Shown here: positions 24,453 to 38,920 of the stretch, piece after piece
Layout of the letters: every line of letters starts with the position of its first letter
Position numbering within the stretch: position 1 is the stretch's first letter
Source of the DNA: Mobula hypostoma
Taxonomy: Eukaryota
Length of the DNA stretch: 64,000 nt
Reading direction: 5' to 3'
Assembly (NCBI RefSeq): GCF_963921235.1
Contig: NC_086108.1
Coordinates: 36,954,001-37,018,000, forward strand
Notes under the pieces: model-generated
Databases searched by the model: none
Told to the model about the DNA's origin: nothing
The model's input: the letters and a program-made list of their open reading frames with translations, nothing else
Translations under genes and position numbers: made by a program

Positions 24453-27400
24453 TTAAACCATTTAAACTGCCTACTCCCTATGACCTGTGCCGGGACAATA
24501 GCCCTCCCTACCCCTACTATCTATGTACCTATCCAAACTTCTCTTAAATGTTGAAATCAAGCTTGCATGCACCATGCATTCCACACACTGAAGACCCTCT
24601 GAGTGAAGAAATTTTCCCTCATGTTCCCCTTAAACTTCTCACCTTTCGCCCTTAGCCCATAACCTCCAGTGTAGTCCCATCCAACCTCAGTGGATGGGAC
24701 TGCTTACCTGCATTTACCCTACCTCCAACAAATCACCTCTCAATCTTCTACATTTTAAAGAATACAGTCCTAACTTATTCAATCTTTCCTTATAACGTAG
24801 GCCCCCCAGACCCGGCAACATCTTTGTAAATTTTCTGTGTACTCTTTCAGCCTTGTTTACACCTTTCCTATAGGTAGGTTACTAAAATTGCACACAATAC
24901 TCCAAATTAGGCTTCACCAACATCTTATGAAACTTTAACATAACACCCCATTTCCTGTAATCAATACATTGATTTGTGAAGGCCAAATTTCCATACGCTT
25001 TCTTTATGACCCAAACTACTTGGACATTACTTTCAATGATTAGCGGACCTGTATTCTACCACACTCCTCAGTGCCCGACTCTTCACTGTGTAAGACCTAC
25101 CCTGGATGGTCCTACCCACGTGCAGAACCTCGCACTTGTCTGCATTAACTTCCACCTGATATTTTCAGCCCATTTTTCCAGATGATGCAGATACATCTTC
25201 AAGCCCTGATAGCTTTCCTCACTATCCTCTACACCTCAATCTTAGTGTCATCCACAAATTTTATGATCCAGTTAACCACATTATCACTTAGATCATTGAT
25301 ATAGATGACAAATAAGAAAAGACCCAGCACCAATCCCTGTGGCACACCACTAGTCACAGGTCTCCAGTCAGAGAGGCAACCATCTACTACCACCCCCTGG
25401 CTTCTCCCACAAAGCCGATATCGAATCCAATTTACTACCTCATCCTGAATGCCAAGCGACTGAAACTTCTTGGCCAGCTTCCCATTTGGGTCCTTGTCAA
25501 ATGCCTTGCTGAAGTTCATGTAGACAACATCCACTGCCTTGCCTTCATCCATTTGAATTGAATTGACTTAATTACTTACATTCTTCATATACATGAGAAG
25601 TAAAAATCTTTATGTTATGTCTCCGTTCAACTGTGAAATGTGCAAATATAGTAATTTATAATAAATATTATGTACAATGGGATAGTCAATATAACATAGA
25701 AATACAGTAGCATCAGCATAAATTAAGCAGTCTGATGGCCTGGGGGAAGAAGCTGTCCCAGAGCTTGTTGGTCCTGGCTTTTATACTGCGATACTGTTTC
25801 CTGGATGATAGCAGCTGGAACAGATCGTAGTTGGGGTGACTCGGGTCCCCAATGATCCTTCGGGCCCTTTTTACACACCAATCTTTGTAAATATCCTGAA
25901 TAGTTGGAAGTTCACATCCACAGATGTGCTGGGCTGTCCATACCACTCTCTGCAGAGTCCTACAATTGAGGGAAGTACAGTTCCACTACCAGGCAGAGAT
26001 GCAGCCAGTCAGGACGCTCTCAATTGTGCCCCTATAGAAAGTTCTTAGAATTTAGGGGGGCCATACCAAACTCATTCAACTGTCTGAGGTGAAAGAGGCG
26101 CCGTTGACCACGTGAGATGCTCGGTGATGTTTATGCCGAGGAACTTAAAGCTGTTCACCCTCTCAAACCCAGATCCATTGACGTCAATAGGGGTTAGCCT
26201 GTCTCCATTCCTCCTGCAGTCCACAACCAGCTGCATTTTTTTTTGCAACGTTGAAGGAGATGTTGTTTTCTTGACACCACTGTGTCAGAGTAATGACTTC
26301 CTCTCTGTAGGTTCCCTTATTATTAATTGAGTTTAGACCAATCAGTGTAGTGTTGGCAGCAAATTTGATTAGCAGATTGAAGCTATGGGTGGCAACACAG
26401 TCATGGCTATACAGAGAGTAAAGGAGGGGGCTTAATACACAGCCCTGAGAATCTCCTGTGTTGAGGGTCAGAGGGACAGAGGTGATGGAGCCCACTCTTA
26501 CTACCTGCCGGCTTCTGACAGAAAGTCCAGGATCCAGCTACACCAGGCAGGGTGAAGGCCGAGGTCTCTGAGCTCCTTGTTGAGCCTGGAGGGAATTATG
26601 ATGTTGAATGCTGGACTGCAGTCCAAGAACAGCAACAGCATCCCTCTTCCCCATATGTGTTAGCACGGTCTGTAAAGCTGTGGCTATTGCGGTGTCTGTT
26701 GATCAGTTGTGTCGGTAGGCAAATTGTAGGGGGTCCAGTGTGTGTGGCAGCAAGCTGCAGATGTAGTCCTTGACCAACCTCTCAAAGCATTTTGCTTATT
26801 ATTGAGGTAAGAATGACAGGACGCCAGTCGTTCAGTCATGTTACCTTGGTCTTTTTAGGTACAAGAACAATGGTGGATGTTTTGAAGCAGGAGGGCACTC
26901 TACACTGGGAGAGGGAGAGATTAAAAATGTTTGTAAACACACCTGCCAGTTGTGCTGCGCACATCCTGAGTACTCACCCTGGGGTGCTGTCCAGTCCAGC
27001 AGTCTTGCAACTGTCCTCCCTTGGAAACACCTGCATACTTCGGCCTCAGAGATGACAAAGCTGCTGGTCGCATCATCTGTAGGTCTCCTCAGGGGCTCAG
27101 TATTAGCCACATCGAATCAAGCATAAAAGAGATTTAGCTTGTCTGGGAGAGAGGCAGCGATGTTGGAAACTCCACTGCGTTTAGCTTTGAAATCTGTGAT
27201 GGTGTGCAGACCTTGCCATAAACTGCGTGTGTTGTTGGTGGAAAGTTGGGTCTGAATCTTGTCCCTGTATTATTGTTTTGCTGCCTCAATGACTTTGCGC
27301 AGATTGTAGCTGCATTTCTTGAGCTCTGGTTGATTACTGTTGGCTACAAGATTGGTTAGACATGATCTACTACAAATGAACCATGCTGACTATCCCTAAT

Positions 27401-28900
27401 CAGTCCATGTCTATTCAAATACTGTTCAAATATCTGATCTCTTAGAGTACCTTCCAATAACTTCCCCACAATTGATGTCAGACTCACCGGCCTATAATTT
27501 CCTGGTTTATGTTTAGAGTCTTTATCAAATAGCAGAACAACATTGGCTAGCCTCCAATCCTTTGGTCCTTCCCCTGTTGCTAAGGATGATTTTAAATATC
27601 TCTGCTAGGGCCCTGGCAATTTCTGCACTTGTTTCCCATAGGGTCTGAGGGAACATCTTGTCAGCCCCTGGGGATTTAACATTTGTGATTTGCCTCAGGG
27701 TAGCAAACTCCTCCTTGTCCATAATCTGTACAGGGTTGATGAAGTTGATGTCATTTTACTTCACTTCCATAGACTCTGCGTCCATCTCCTGAGTAAATGC
27801 AGATGCAAAATAAACCCCATCTGTTTTGGCTACACACATGGATTACCATTATGGACTTCCAGAGGACCAATTTTGTCCCTTGCAATTCTTTTGCTCTTAA
27901 CATATCTGTAGAATCCCCTTAGGATTCTTCTTCACCTTGTCTGCTCGTGCAACTTCATGCCTTCTTTCAACCTTCCTAATTTCTTTCTTAAGTGTTCTCT
28001 TGCATTTCTTATATTCCATAAGCACCTGATTTGTTCCTGTTTGCTGACACCTACTAGGCACCTCATTTTCTCTCTTAAGCAAAGCCTCAATATCCCTTGG
28101 AAACCAGGATTCCCTACAATTGTAATCTTTACCTTTTATTCTTACAGGCACATACAAGCTTTGTCCTCTCAAAATTTTATAGAAAGCTTCCGAATTTCCA
28201 AGTATACTTTCGCCAGAAATCAGTCTGTCCCAATCCACACTTGCCTTTCTCCAATTTAAAAACTCAACCTATGGACCAGACCTATATTTTTGCATATTTA
28301 CTTTGAAACTAATAGCATTGTGTTCACTGGATGCAAAATGTTCCCCTACACAAACCTCTGACACCTGCCCCGGCTCATTCCCTAATAGCAAATCCAGTTT
28401 CGTGCACTTTCTCATTGGGACTTCTATGAACTGATGAAGGAAACTTTGCTGAACACCTTTGACAAACTCTATCCCATCTAGTACTTTAACAGCATGTGCT
28501 TCCAAATTAAAGTGTGGAAATTAAAAATCATCTACTATAACAACCTTACCTTTCTTACAACAGTCTGCAGTTTCTTTACAAATTTGTTCCTCTAAGTCAC
28601 TAGGACTGTTGGGCAGCCTGTAATATAGCCCCATTAACATGGTCATACCTTTCTTATTTCTCAGTTCCACCCATAATGCTTCAGGAGTCAAGCTCTCCCA
28701 TCTGTCCTGACAGAGCTCTGCTGTGACATTTTCCCTGATTAGTAACAGCACGCCCTCCTCCCACTCTGTTATGTCTAAAACCATGCAGCCCCATAATACT
28801 GAGCTGTTAGTCCTGCCCCTCCTGCACCTAAGTCTCACTAATGGCTATAATGTCATAATTCCAGGCGTTGATCCTTGCCCTGAGCTCATCTGCCTCCCCT
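24453..28900 (-). mobile_element. CR1 LINE split by a Rex1-type insertion
   Basis: RT ORF 25229-25552 (FSKAFDK, TSGVPQG, KFVDD); resumes ~27345 with ORFs 27525-27722, 27897-28238, 28269-28505, 28521-28838 (EALWVELRNKKG, endonuclease). Confidence 0.88.
25553..27345 (-). mobile_element. Rex1/Babar LINE nested in the CR1
   Basis: (AATTG)n tail; GDSQGCVLSPLLYSLY; DSFFPQAIRLLN. Confidence 0.88.
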
Positions 28901-28919
28901 ACATCGAAGTTATTGTAGC

Positions 28920-29575
28920 CTTTATCAGGAAAACATCTGCACTAATCGTATTTAGCAGCTCTTGGTCCTTGGCTTCCTAAGCCTTGGCAATTTAAATGCT
29001 TGTCTGGATAATTAAATGTTATAAGGGTGCCTATATCGACCACCTCTAAGCAGTATCTTCCAGATTCCAAAAAACATCTGAGTTATTTTTCTTTACATCT
29101 CTTCCTAAATCTCTTTCCCTCCTCTCTATCCTAAACCCTAGGCCCTGCAGTTTTTGATGCCCCGGTTATGGGGAAATGTTCCCTACTATCCATCCTGTCT
29201 GCGTACCACACAACTTTGCATACCTCAGATTGTCACTTAGCTTCCTTCACTCCAACAGTAACAACCCAAGCCTGTCAAATCTCTCCTAATAAGTGAAATA
29301 CTCCATCATCAACAATGCACTGGTAAATCTCATTTGCAATCACTCCAATACAATCACATTCTTCCTGCACTGTGGTGACCAGAACTGCACACATTACTCC
29401 ATCTTTGGCCTAACCGATGACACAAAGAGCTCTACAATAACCTCCCTACACTTATACTTCATGCCCTGGCTAATGAAGGTGAATATGCTGTACACTAATT
29501 TGCCACCTTATCTGCCTATGTTGCCACCTTCTGGGATCTTTCGACTTATACACCAAGGTCTCTCTTTCAACAATT
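28920..29575 (-). mobile_element. Old CR1-type 3' fragment
   Basis: ggtgaccagaactgcacac (minus: VQFWSP) and degenerate 3' UTR. Confidence 0.65.
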
Positions 29576-30099
29576 TATTTTCCCTATCATGATAACACAT
29601 TACTTTCTGTGGCTTGTAATCTGAGTCCATGCTACCACGTCTGATGCTTCCTAGATTCGTTAAAAAATGCTTGAACACATGGCTTCCAGGTGACAGCACG
29701 TTATAGAACTTCCAGCTGGAGTATTCATTGACTTGATAAAATAATGCACCTCTGAAGGATATCACTTGTTCCAATATTGCTGGTTGCTACCTAATTAATT
29801 CTTTCCCCATCATTAGTTCGTCATATTTATTTACCTTCAAGTGTAATGGAAAATATATTTTGGATGTTCATATTAAGTCTGTTTCTACCAATCCCTTAGG
29901 CAGTGAATTTCCTTAGAAATTAGTATTGAGTTTAAGTATTTCAGATAAATCTTTCTTCTTTCTTTTATTTTTACCACAGATGTGGCTGTACCTATTGTTT
30001 CAGCTCACTGTGTTTCAATTTGCCTCTGTATCATTTTGTTCCAGTTGCTGCTTTCTAAAGTAATTATTTTCTTGACAACTTTGGTCTGCACCATATCAC

Positions 30100-30290
30100 A
30101 GGCACTCCCTCTGTTCTCTCCAACCCTCCCCTTTCTAAAACTTAAAATACACAATTTTTCATTTTCCCAGGTTTGATGAAGGGTCCCTGACCTGAAATTA
30201 CAATTCTGGTTAATTCCTATGATGCTGCCTGACCTACTGACTGCATTTTTCTGTTTTGTTTCAAATTTCCAACACAGTAGTTTGCATTCT
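30100..30290 (+). repeat. Degenerate Penelope-type terminal repeat
   Basis: ttgatgaagggtccctgacctgaaa...gatgctgcctgacctactg. Confidence 0.7.
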
Positions 30291-30399
30291 TTAAAAATGT
30301 TTTCTCGCACTGACATTTGTTTTGCCAGCAACTTAAAGACATGATTGAACCAGCAGGGCTCTGAAGACAATCTAGTGGCTTTTGCAGTAAAGAAAAACC

Positions 30400-30612
30400 C
30401 TTGTGATGCTGAAGGTTTTGTATAAGAACAGAGTTCTCTGCATGCTCAAAATGTCAGGGACCTTGTGCAGAGAAAGAAAACAGAACGACTGTTTCAGATT
30501 GATGACATTTCACAGAGCTGCTGAAAGATTGCCCACTTGAAGCACTAACTCCTCTCTCTTCACAGATGCTGCCTGACCTACTGAACGTTTCCAGCAGTTT
30601 TCTATTGTTTTC
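30400..30612. repeat. Very degenerate palindromic Penelope-tail mini-element
   Basis: Right arm cacagatgctgcctgacctactgaacgtttccagca; weak inverted left arm. Confidence 0.45.
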
Positions 30613-31007
30613 CCATGGCAAGATTCAAATGGTTATTGTTTGCTATGGGGAAATTCAAAATCAGAATATCTGGGTTTCCAGCAGTCTGGCAGTGCAGGTG
30701 CAAGAGAAAAGTTCCAGCTTGATGTCAAGATATTTCTTCTTTCATTCAGATGAAACGGAGAAGATGAATGATGAGAGGGGTTTGGGAGATGAGCTGGTGT
30801 GTGGGAGTTGCTGTACACTGTTTGAGAAACAGATTTTAGTGAATGCACTCTTTGAAAGAAGGTGCATAGTTGTTTGATCTATTTACTTTAAATAGGTCTT
30901 AGCATAAAATGTGTGGAGGTGGTGCTATTGTGAGCAATACATTATCAAACATTGTCTCTAATCATTCCCAGTTTCCAACACTGAACAACAGTAACACGAA
31001 CTTTTGA

Positions 31008-32383
31008 AACTTGGGAAAGTGTTGGCGTTTATTATTATGGATGATGCTTCGAGCTACTTGGAGACTAAAGATAAGTCAGCATGGTTTCTGTAAAGGGAAA
31101 TCTTGCCTGACAAATCTGTTCGAGTTCTTCGAGGAAGTAACTAGCAGGGTGGACAAAGGGGAGGCAGTGGATGTTATTTGCTTGGATTTTCAGAAGGCAT
31201 TTGATAAGGTGGCACATATGAGGCTGCTTGACAAGATAAAATCCTGTGGCATTGCAGGAAAGATACTGGCGTAGATAGCGGAATGGCTGACAAGCAGGAG
31301 GCAGCGAGTGGGAATAAAAGGGGCCTTTTCTGGTTGGCTGCCAGTAACTAGTGGTGTTCCTCAGGGGTCAGTATTGGGACTGCGACTTTTCATATTGTTT
31401 GTCAATGGTTTGGATAATGGAATTGATGGCTTTGTGACAAAGTTTGCGGATGATACAAAGAAAGCAGGAAGGGTCGGTTGTGCTGAAAAAGCAATGCAAT
31501 TGCAGCAAGACTTAGACAAATTGGAAGAATGGACAAGATAGTGGCAGATGGAATACATTGTTGGGAAATGTATGATAATGCATTTTGGTAAAGGAAAAAT
31601 AGTGCAGACTATTATCTATATGCAGAGAAGGTTCAAACATCAGAGGTGCAGAGGGATTTAGGTGTCCTTGTGCAAGACTCCCAGATGGTAAAATTACAGG
31701 TTGAGAATGTGGTAAAGAAGGCAAATGCAATTTTTGGCATTTATTTCAAGGGGAATAGAATATAAAAGCACGGAGATAATGCTGAGGCTTTATAAGACAC
31801 TAGTCAGGCTACACTTGGAGTATTGTCAACAGTTTTGGGCCCCATATCTCAGAAAGGATGTGTTGTCATTGGAGAGAGTCCAGAGGAGGTTCACAAGGTT
31901 TGTTCCAGGAATGAAGCAGTTAACATATGAGGAACATTTGGCAGCTTTGGGTCTGTACTCATTGGAATTTAGAAGAATGCTGGGAGCAGGGGTGCACGGG
32001 GTAATCTCATGGAAACTTATCAATTGTTGAAAGGACTGGATAGGTGGATGTGGAGAGGATATTTCCTATGGTGGGAGTTTCCAGAACTGAAAATATCCAG
32101 AACTCCAGGACATAGCCTAAAAATTGACAGGCGAATCTTTAGAACAGAGGTAAGGAGGAGTTTTTTTTTTAGCCAGAGGATAGTAAATTTGTGGAATGCA
32201 CTGCCACTGACTGCAGTGAAGGCCAAGTCCATGGGTATACTTAAGGTGGAAGTTGATCATTTCCTGATCAGTCTGGGCATCAAAGGATATGGCGAGAGCG
32301 CTGGTGTATGAGGTTGAGTAGGATCCGGGATCAGCCATAATGGAATGGCCTAATTCTGCTCCCATGTCTTATGATCTTATGGC
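31008..32383 (+). mobile_element. CR1 LINE, 5'-truncated
   Basis: QHGFCKGKSCLTNL, DFQKAFDKV, TSGVPQGSVLG, KFADD, LEYCQQFWAPY; 3' UTR cctaattctgctcccatgtcttatg. Confidence 0.92.
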
Positions 32384-32899
32384 ATCACAACAGATCAGAG
32401 ATTTTTTTAAGTCTCTAAATGAAGAAAACCAGACTTTTCTTGACAATACCAGGCTTTAATTATAATTACACCAACTTGGAGGTGAGATTCTAAAGTGTTA
32501 ATGGCTTTTTTTTAAGAGCGATGTGTTTCTTCAGATGACTCATGGCAAAGGAAGCGATCTGTCTTGATCTGGAATGCTTCTAAAAGTTAAAAGACTGTTT
32601 TACGTGATTGACTACTATATAGCTTTGTTTTGGGCTGTAGGCATTTCTGCACTCATTAACTGATTACTTTATTTTGGGACATTGTTTGTTAATTTATACT
32701 TTACTGCACTCAGGTTACAAAACTACAGAAACAACAGTGACAGTTAAGTGGCTGTCTGATATGTAAGTGAGTGATATGGATCACGTACAGGCAGAAGAGA
32801 TTGACATTAATACAGCATTATGTTCGGTGCAGGTATTGTGGCCTGAAGGGGCTGTGCTGGGCTGCACTGTTCTATGTTGTAATCACTCTAGGACTGCCA

Positions 32900-34795
32900 A
32901 CACTGTATTTTCAATCTAAAGCGTTGCTCACCATGAACACTCACTATCATAGGCTTATTTTTGGAGTAACGCCTGCACCTACAATCTGGCGGAAAGTTAT
33001 GGACCAGTTGCTGCAGGGCTGCCCAGCACTCAGTGTTACCTGGATGACATCATTGTTACTGGTGAGGATGACAAGGAACATCTTCAAAACCTCAACACAG
33101 TGTTAAAAAGATTAGAAGATTATGGATTCAGAGCACAATACAACAAGTGTGAATTCTTTAAAACAAGCATCACTTACTGTGGTTACACCATTGATGCATA
33201 AGCTTTACATAAATGTATGGAGAAAATTCAAGAAGCAGGGGATATGACACAGTTGTGGTCCTTTTTAGGTTTTGTCAATTACTATAAGAAATTCCAGCCA
33301 AACCTAGCTACTGCGCTCCACCCCTTGAACTCATTACTACAGATCGGGAAGAAATAGCAATGGACAAAGCAGTGTGACGTGGCTTTAAAAAGACAAAAGA
33401 AATGGTGAGGTTAGACACTGTAATTACACATTGCAATCCACATCATCCAGTGAAGCTTGCCTGTGACACCTTGTGTTATGGTATAGGTGCAGTCATGTCA
33501 CATGATATGAGGGATGGAAGTGACTTTGCATCATGTTCCCTTGCCGCTGCATGGAAAATTGACAGGGAGACCTTGAGTCTGGTTTGGGGTTTAAAATGTT
33601 TCTACCACTACCTGTATGGGAGAGAGTTTACACTCAGTACTGATCATCAACAGCTAGTGTTTCATTTTCAATCCACAGCGGGTGTTCCACTCTCATCAGT
33701 GGCACAAAGGCAGACATGGGTTCTGTTCTTGGAGGGCACAATTACAAGATTGAATTCAAGGGGACAACTAATCACAGAAATGCAATGGATTGTCCCATTT
33801 GCTCTGGAAAAGGAAATACCTGAAAAATTTACAAAAGAAGACACTCCTCTTGACATATTCTGCCTAATGCAAATTGAAAGTCTCCTTATTATGGCAGAGA
33901 TGATCCATAGGGAAACCAAAGTCCCCACACTGTCACAGGTCTATATGGTCACCCAAAATACCTGGAATGTGCAGCAGAAATTCCAGTTCCCCCTGTTATA
34001 CCTGCACCAGGATGAACTTGCCCTTGACAGGGTTACGTTATGTGGGTATTGAGAGTATCTTCCAAGCTGACAGCTAAAGTGTTGGAGGAGCTACATGAGG
34101 GTCACCTAGGCGTGGTCTAAATTAAAGCATTGGCTCGAAGCTTTGTCTGATGGCCTGGGATGGATCAGCAGGTCAAGCAGCTTGCCATGCACTGTTCGGG
34201 AAGCACAAACGTCCAGCAACGCCTCGCCATCCCTGGGAATGGCCTGCATTGACCTGTCAGAGGATTCATATGGATTTTGCCAGACCATTCATGAACACAA
34301 ATTTCTTCATAGTAGTGGATGCAGCTACAAAGTGGCCAGAATGTTCCCAATAGCCTCCCACACGGTTGAGAAGTCTCTTCTCAAGGACTGGTGATCCATA
34401 ACACCTAGTCAGTGACAATGGACCACAGTCTATTGCAGAACAGTTTCAGTCATTCCTGAAAATGAATGCAATGAGACATAATACATCTGCACCATACCGG
34501 CCAGCTACAAATGGCTTGATGGAAAGGTTTGTCCGGGGTCTAAAGAATGAACTGTAATCAATACCAGAAAAATACATTACACTGACACTGAAACAGAAGC
34601 TCACCAATTTCATACTTGCATAGCAGCACATTCCACAATCAATAACTCACCAGCTATACTGTTCTTGGATCATCCCTTGCACTCACACTGAGATCTCCTC
34701 AAATCCAACCTCAGAAGGAATATGCAAGACAAAAGGCTGAGACAAATTGAGGGCATCTCAGACAAGGAGATTTAATATTTCACTCCTGGACAGAA
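32900..34795 (+). pseudogene. Gypsy LTR-retrotransposon pol relic, copy 1 (RT-RNaseH-integrase)
   Basis: YLDDIIVTG at 33037; LACDTLCYGIGAV; RIHMDFA; SDNGPQ at 34411; APYRPATNGLMERFV; many stops and frameshifts. Confidence 0.9.
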
Positions 34796-36860
34796 GATCA
34801 GATTATGGACTCACAGCATGGCACAATATGTGAATTCTTCAAACTAAGCATCACTCACTGTGGTCACACCATTGACACACAAGGTTTTACACAAGTGTGC
34901 TAAGAGAATTCAAGCAGGGGTGGATACCCCTAGGGCAAATGACATGTCACGCGGTGGTCCTTTTTAGGATTTGTCAACAGCTACTGTATAACAGATTCCA
35001 GCCAAACCTGGCTAGTGTGCTCCACCTCTTGAAAACATTACTACAGATCGGGAAGAAATGGTGATGGACAAAGCAGTATGAGGTGGCTTTCCAAAACACA
35101 ATGGAAATGGTGATGTCAGACACTGTATTCACACATTGTGATTGACATCATTCAGTGAAGCTGCCTGTGATGCCTTGCCTTATGGAATAGATGCAGTCAT
35201 ATCACACGTTATGAATGACAGAACTGAATGCCCCATAGCCTTTGCATCACATTCACTTACTGCTGCAGATTGACAGAGGACTTGAGTCTGGTTTGCCATG
35301 TAAAATGTTTCAACCAGTACTTGTATGGGAGAGAGTTTACTGATCATCAACCACTAGTGTCCATTTTCAATCCACAGAAGGCTGTTCCATTAAAATCCTG
35401 CTGCACAAATGCAGAGATGGGCACAATAACAAGATCGAATTGAAGAAGATGACTATTTACTGAAATGTTGATGGACTGTCCCCTTTATCCTTGAAAAATA
35501 AAGTACCTCAAAGTATTTCAAAAGTGCACACAACTCTTAAGGTATTGTCTCTAAAGCAAATTGAACATCTCCCTATAATGACAGAGAAGATCAAAAGCAA
35601 AACCAGAAGAGAACCCATTCTGTCTGAGGTGTAAGCGGCATCCCAAAGTGGTTGGAATGTGCAGCAGAAATTCCAGTTCCCCCATTTGTATCAGCACAAG
35701 GATGAACTTGCCCTTGACGGAGGTCCCCTTATGTGGGGATTGAGGATCGTTGCACCATCCGAGCTGAGAGCTAAGTTGTTTGTCATCTAGGCATGGTCAG
35801 AATGAAAGTGGTGGCTTGAAGCCTTGTCTGGTGGCCTGGGAGAGATCAGTAGATCAAGCAGCTTGCCATGCACTGTTTGGGATGCTGATAGGTCCTGCAG
35901 ATGTCAATAGCAGTGTCTTTCCATCCCTGGGAATGTCCTGCATTGCCCTGATGGAGGATTCATGTGGTTTTGCCGGACCATTCATGGGCAAAAATTTGTT
36001 GGTAGAAGTAGATGCATCTACAAAGAGGCTAGAGGTGTTCCCAATGGCCTCACACACTGCTGATGTGTTGAGAAGCCTCTTCTCAAGGACTGGTATTCTA
36101 TAGCAGTTAGTCAGTGACAATGGATCACAGTTCGTTGCAGAGCATTTTCAGAAGATGTATCATTTCATTTATTTTATTTCCTGAGAATAAATGAAATGAT
36201 ACATATTACATCTGCAACATACCACCCAGCTACAAAAAACTTGGCAGAACAGTTTATGCAGAGTCTAAAAAAAACGCTGTGAACAATGTCAGCAGGGCAC
36301 ACAGTGCATTAATATTGAATCAGAACTTCACCTTCCTCCTTGCATATCACAATGCAGCACACTCCACAACCAACAACTCACCAGCTATGCTGTTTCTGGG
36401 ATGTCCCTTGAACTCACGCTATGATCTTCTCAAACCCAATCTTAGGAGTATGCAGGAAAGGCATCTCAGACAAATTGAAGGCTCCTCAAACAAGGAGATT
36501 CAATGTTTCAGTCCTGGACAAGCAGTCCTGGTGTGGGACCAAAGAGGTGATCAAAAGTGAGTATTTAGAAAGGTAAAGGGAAGTACTGGACCACTCTCCC
36601 ACACGGTGTAGCTAACGTCTGATGTCATCTGGATGCCACACATCGATCAGTTGAGGAAAGCAGAGTCAATTATTAAAGAAGAATAATGTCCAGAGCGGTC
36701 AGAACCGCTTCCTGCAGCCCCAGAGAACAACCAACTCCTACAACTATCATGGAGGAGGCCCCAGAGCCTGAGATTGTTCCACAGCCATGTCTCATCTGCC
36801 AAGCACAGTGACCACCCCCCACCCATCACAAAAGATGTTTCTAGAGTAAGAAATATATAT
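34796..36860 (+). pseudogene. Gypsy pol relic, copy 2 (late RT-RNaseH-integrase and 3' region)
   Basis: Repeats the sequence from ~33115 onward; GFAGPFMGKNLLVEVDASTK; FLLAYHNAAHSTTNNSPAMLFLG. Confidence 0.88.
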
Positions 36861-37564
36861 AACTGCTTTGAGGCGCTGAGACAATCACCGGATGTACATC
36901 AAGCCACTTTATTATGCCAACTTGAAGACATTGTGTAGAACATTAGATGTGGAAGCAGGAGTGAGCCATTCAGTCCCAGGTATCTGCTGTACCGTTAATC
37001 GCTATGGCTGATTATTTCTCTGAAAATTACTTTCCCTCAGTAACCTCATATTCCATGATTATTTAATAGCCACTAATCTATCATTCACTGTCTTCATAGT
37101 AGCCAACATGTAAGCCTGCTTTTGACTGTATTACTGACCAAATAAGATCGTTGACAGATTTTACTTTGCTTGCAATACCTCCCTATGTGTCACAAAACCA
37201 TAAGGCATAGTAGCAGATTTAGGCCATTTGGTCCATCGAGTCTGCTCTATCATTTTGTTATGGCTGATTTATTATCCCTCTCAACCCTACCTTCTCCCCG
37301 TAACCATTGACACCCTCACAAATCAAGAACCCATCAACTTCCACTTTAAATATACCCAATGACAAGGCCTTCACAGGTGTCTGTGGCACTGAATTCTACA
37401 AATTCACCTCTCATTGGCTGAAGAAATTCCTCTCTATCTCTGTTCTAAAGGGACATCTTTCTATTCTGAGGCTGTGCCCCCTGGTCTTAGTCTCCACCAC
37501 TATAGGAAACATTCTCTACAGGTCCACTCTGTCTAGACCTTTCAATATTCAACAGGTTTCAATA

Positions 37565-38920
37565 AGATTCAAAGAACATTTATTATCAAAGTATGTATAA
37601 ATTATCCAGCCTTGAGATTCAACTGCTTACAGGCAGCCACAAAGCAAGAAACCCAAAAGAAGCCAATTAAAAAAGACCAATACCCAGTGCACAAAGAAAG
37701 AGAAAAAAAACACAAATCATGCAAACATGATTTCTCTTCCCACCATTGCAGACATTTACACCACACGCTGCACCCATAAAGCCAACAGCATTGTGAAGGA
37801 TACCACGCACCCCTCATACAAACTCTTCTCCCTCCTGCTATCTGGTAAAAAGTACCGAAGTATTCGGGCTCTCACGACCAGGCTGTGCAACAGTTTCTTC
37901 CCCCAAGCCATCAGACTCCTTAATACTTAGAGTCTAGACTGACATCTACATCATTTATTATTATATTGAAATTTGTCCTCTATTGTGCCTAATGTCTTGG
38001 TTATTATTTATTGTACTGCCCTGCACTGTTTTGTGCACTTTATGTAGTCCTGTGCAGGTATGTAGTCTAGTGTAGTTTTTGTGTTGTCTTACATAGTCTA
38101 GTGAGGCCTTGTGTTGTCTCACTTAGTCTAGTGTAACTTTGTGTTGTTTCATGTAGTACCATGGTCCTGGAGGAACGTTGTTTCATTTTTACTGTGTACT
38201 GTACCTGCAGTTTATGGTCGAAATGACAATAAAAAGCGACTTGACTTGAATAAAAGCATGCAATAGCATTCTGAACCAAATTGAGTCCTTGGACCAACAT
38301 ACTGGTGCAGTTGTAGTAGGCCTTGGTCTGAGTTCATCACCTGGTGGGGCAAATCATTGCAAAGCTCACAAACACGAGTCTCATAGCCTCAGCTCCGTGG
38401 AGAGAGGAGGGAACATCGTGGAAGTGTGAATGGAATCAGCTCGACCTTTGCCTTTGGTCCCGACTCTGCCTTTTCAATCTATCTGGGTTGTTGTTTAAAT
38501 CAACCACCCATGCACCAGGATCCGGGCCCCGCTGCAGCAATACGCTCTGGGCCTAGAACTTAATGCCCAGCCTGAGGTTATTCTCAACCTTTCCATATTG
38601 ACTCGGTGCTTGGATCCATCCAACCTCACTTTCGGTTTTGGTGGACAGGCACCAAAACTCCGCTGCCTTGACTCCTCTCCAATCTACTTGCTCCAACTAA
38701 TCTCCCACTCTGACACTGTCTTGAACATGTTATATTCCAACATTGCATCACACCTGAATGGCTCGACCCTTGAGTCAACTTCACTTTCACCCACATCTTC
38801 ATTGTTTGCAGTGATAATTTACCACAATTTTCCTCAAAAAAGGTGTTATTAATAATTTTGTTTGCCTTTTGAACTACTAGTAAGCTGTTACCTGACTTCA
38901 GTAGTGCCATCTTAAACCAG
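37565..38920 (-). mobile_element. Non-coding retroelement with AAGATGGC head, split by a Rex1 piece
   Basis: Minus head cctggtttaagatggcac; tail ataataaatgttctttgaatctt. Confidence 0.6.
37727..38250 (+). mobile_element. Rex1/Babar 3' fragment
   Basis: HPSYKLFSLL..NSFFPQAIRLLN; tail aataaaaagcgacttgacttga. Confidence 0.88.

Noticed and set aside
32520..32745. 5' LTR and primer-binding site of the Gypsy relic
   Set aside because: Plausible by position, but no matching 3' LTR, TSD or clear PBS could be found
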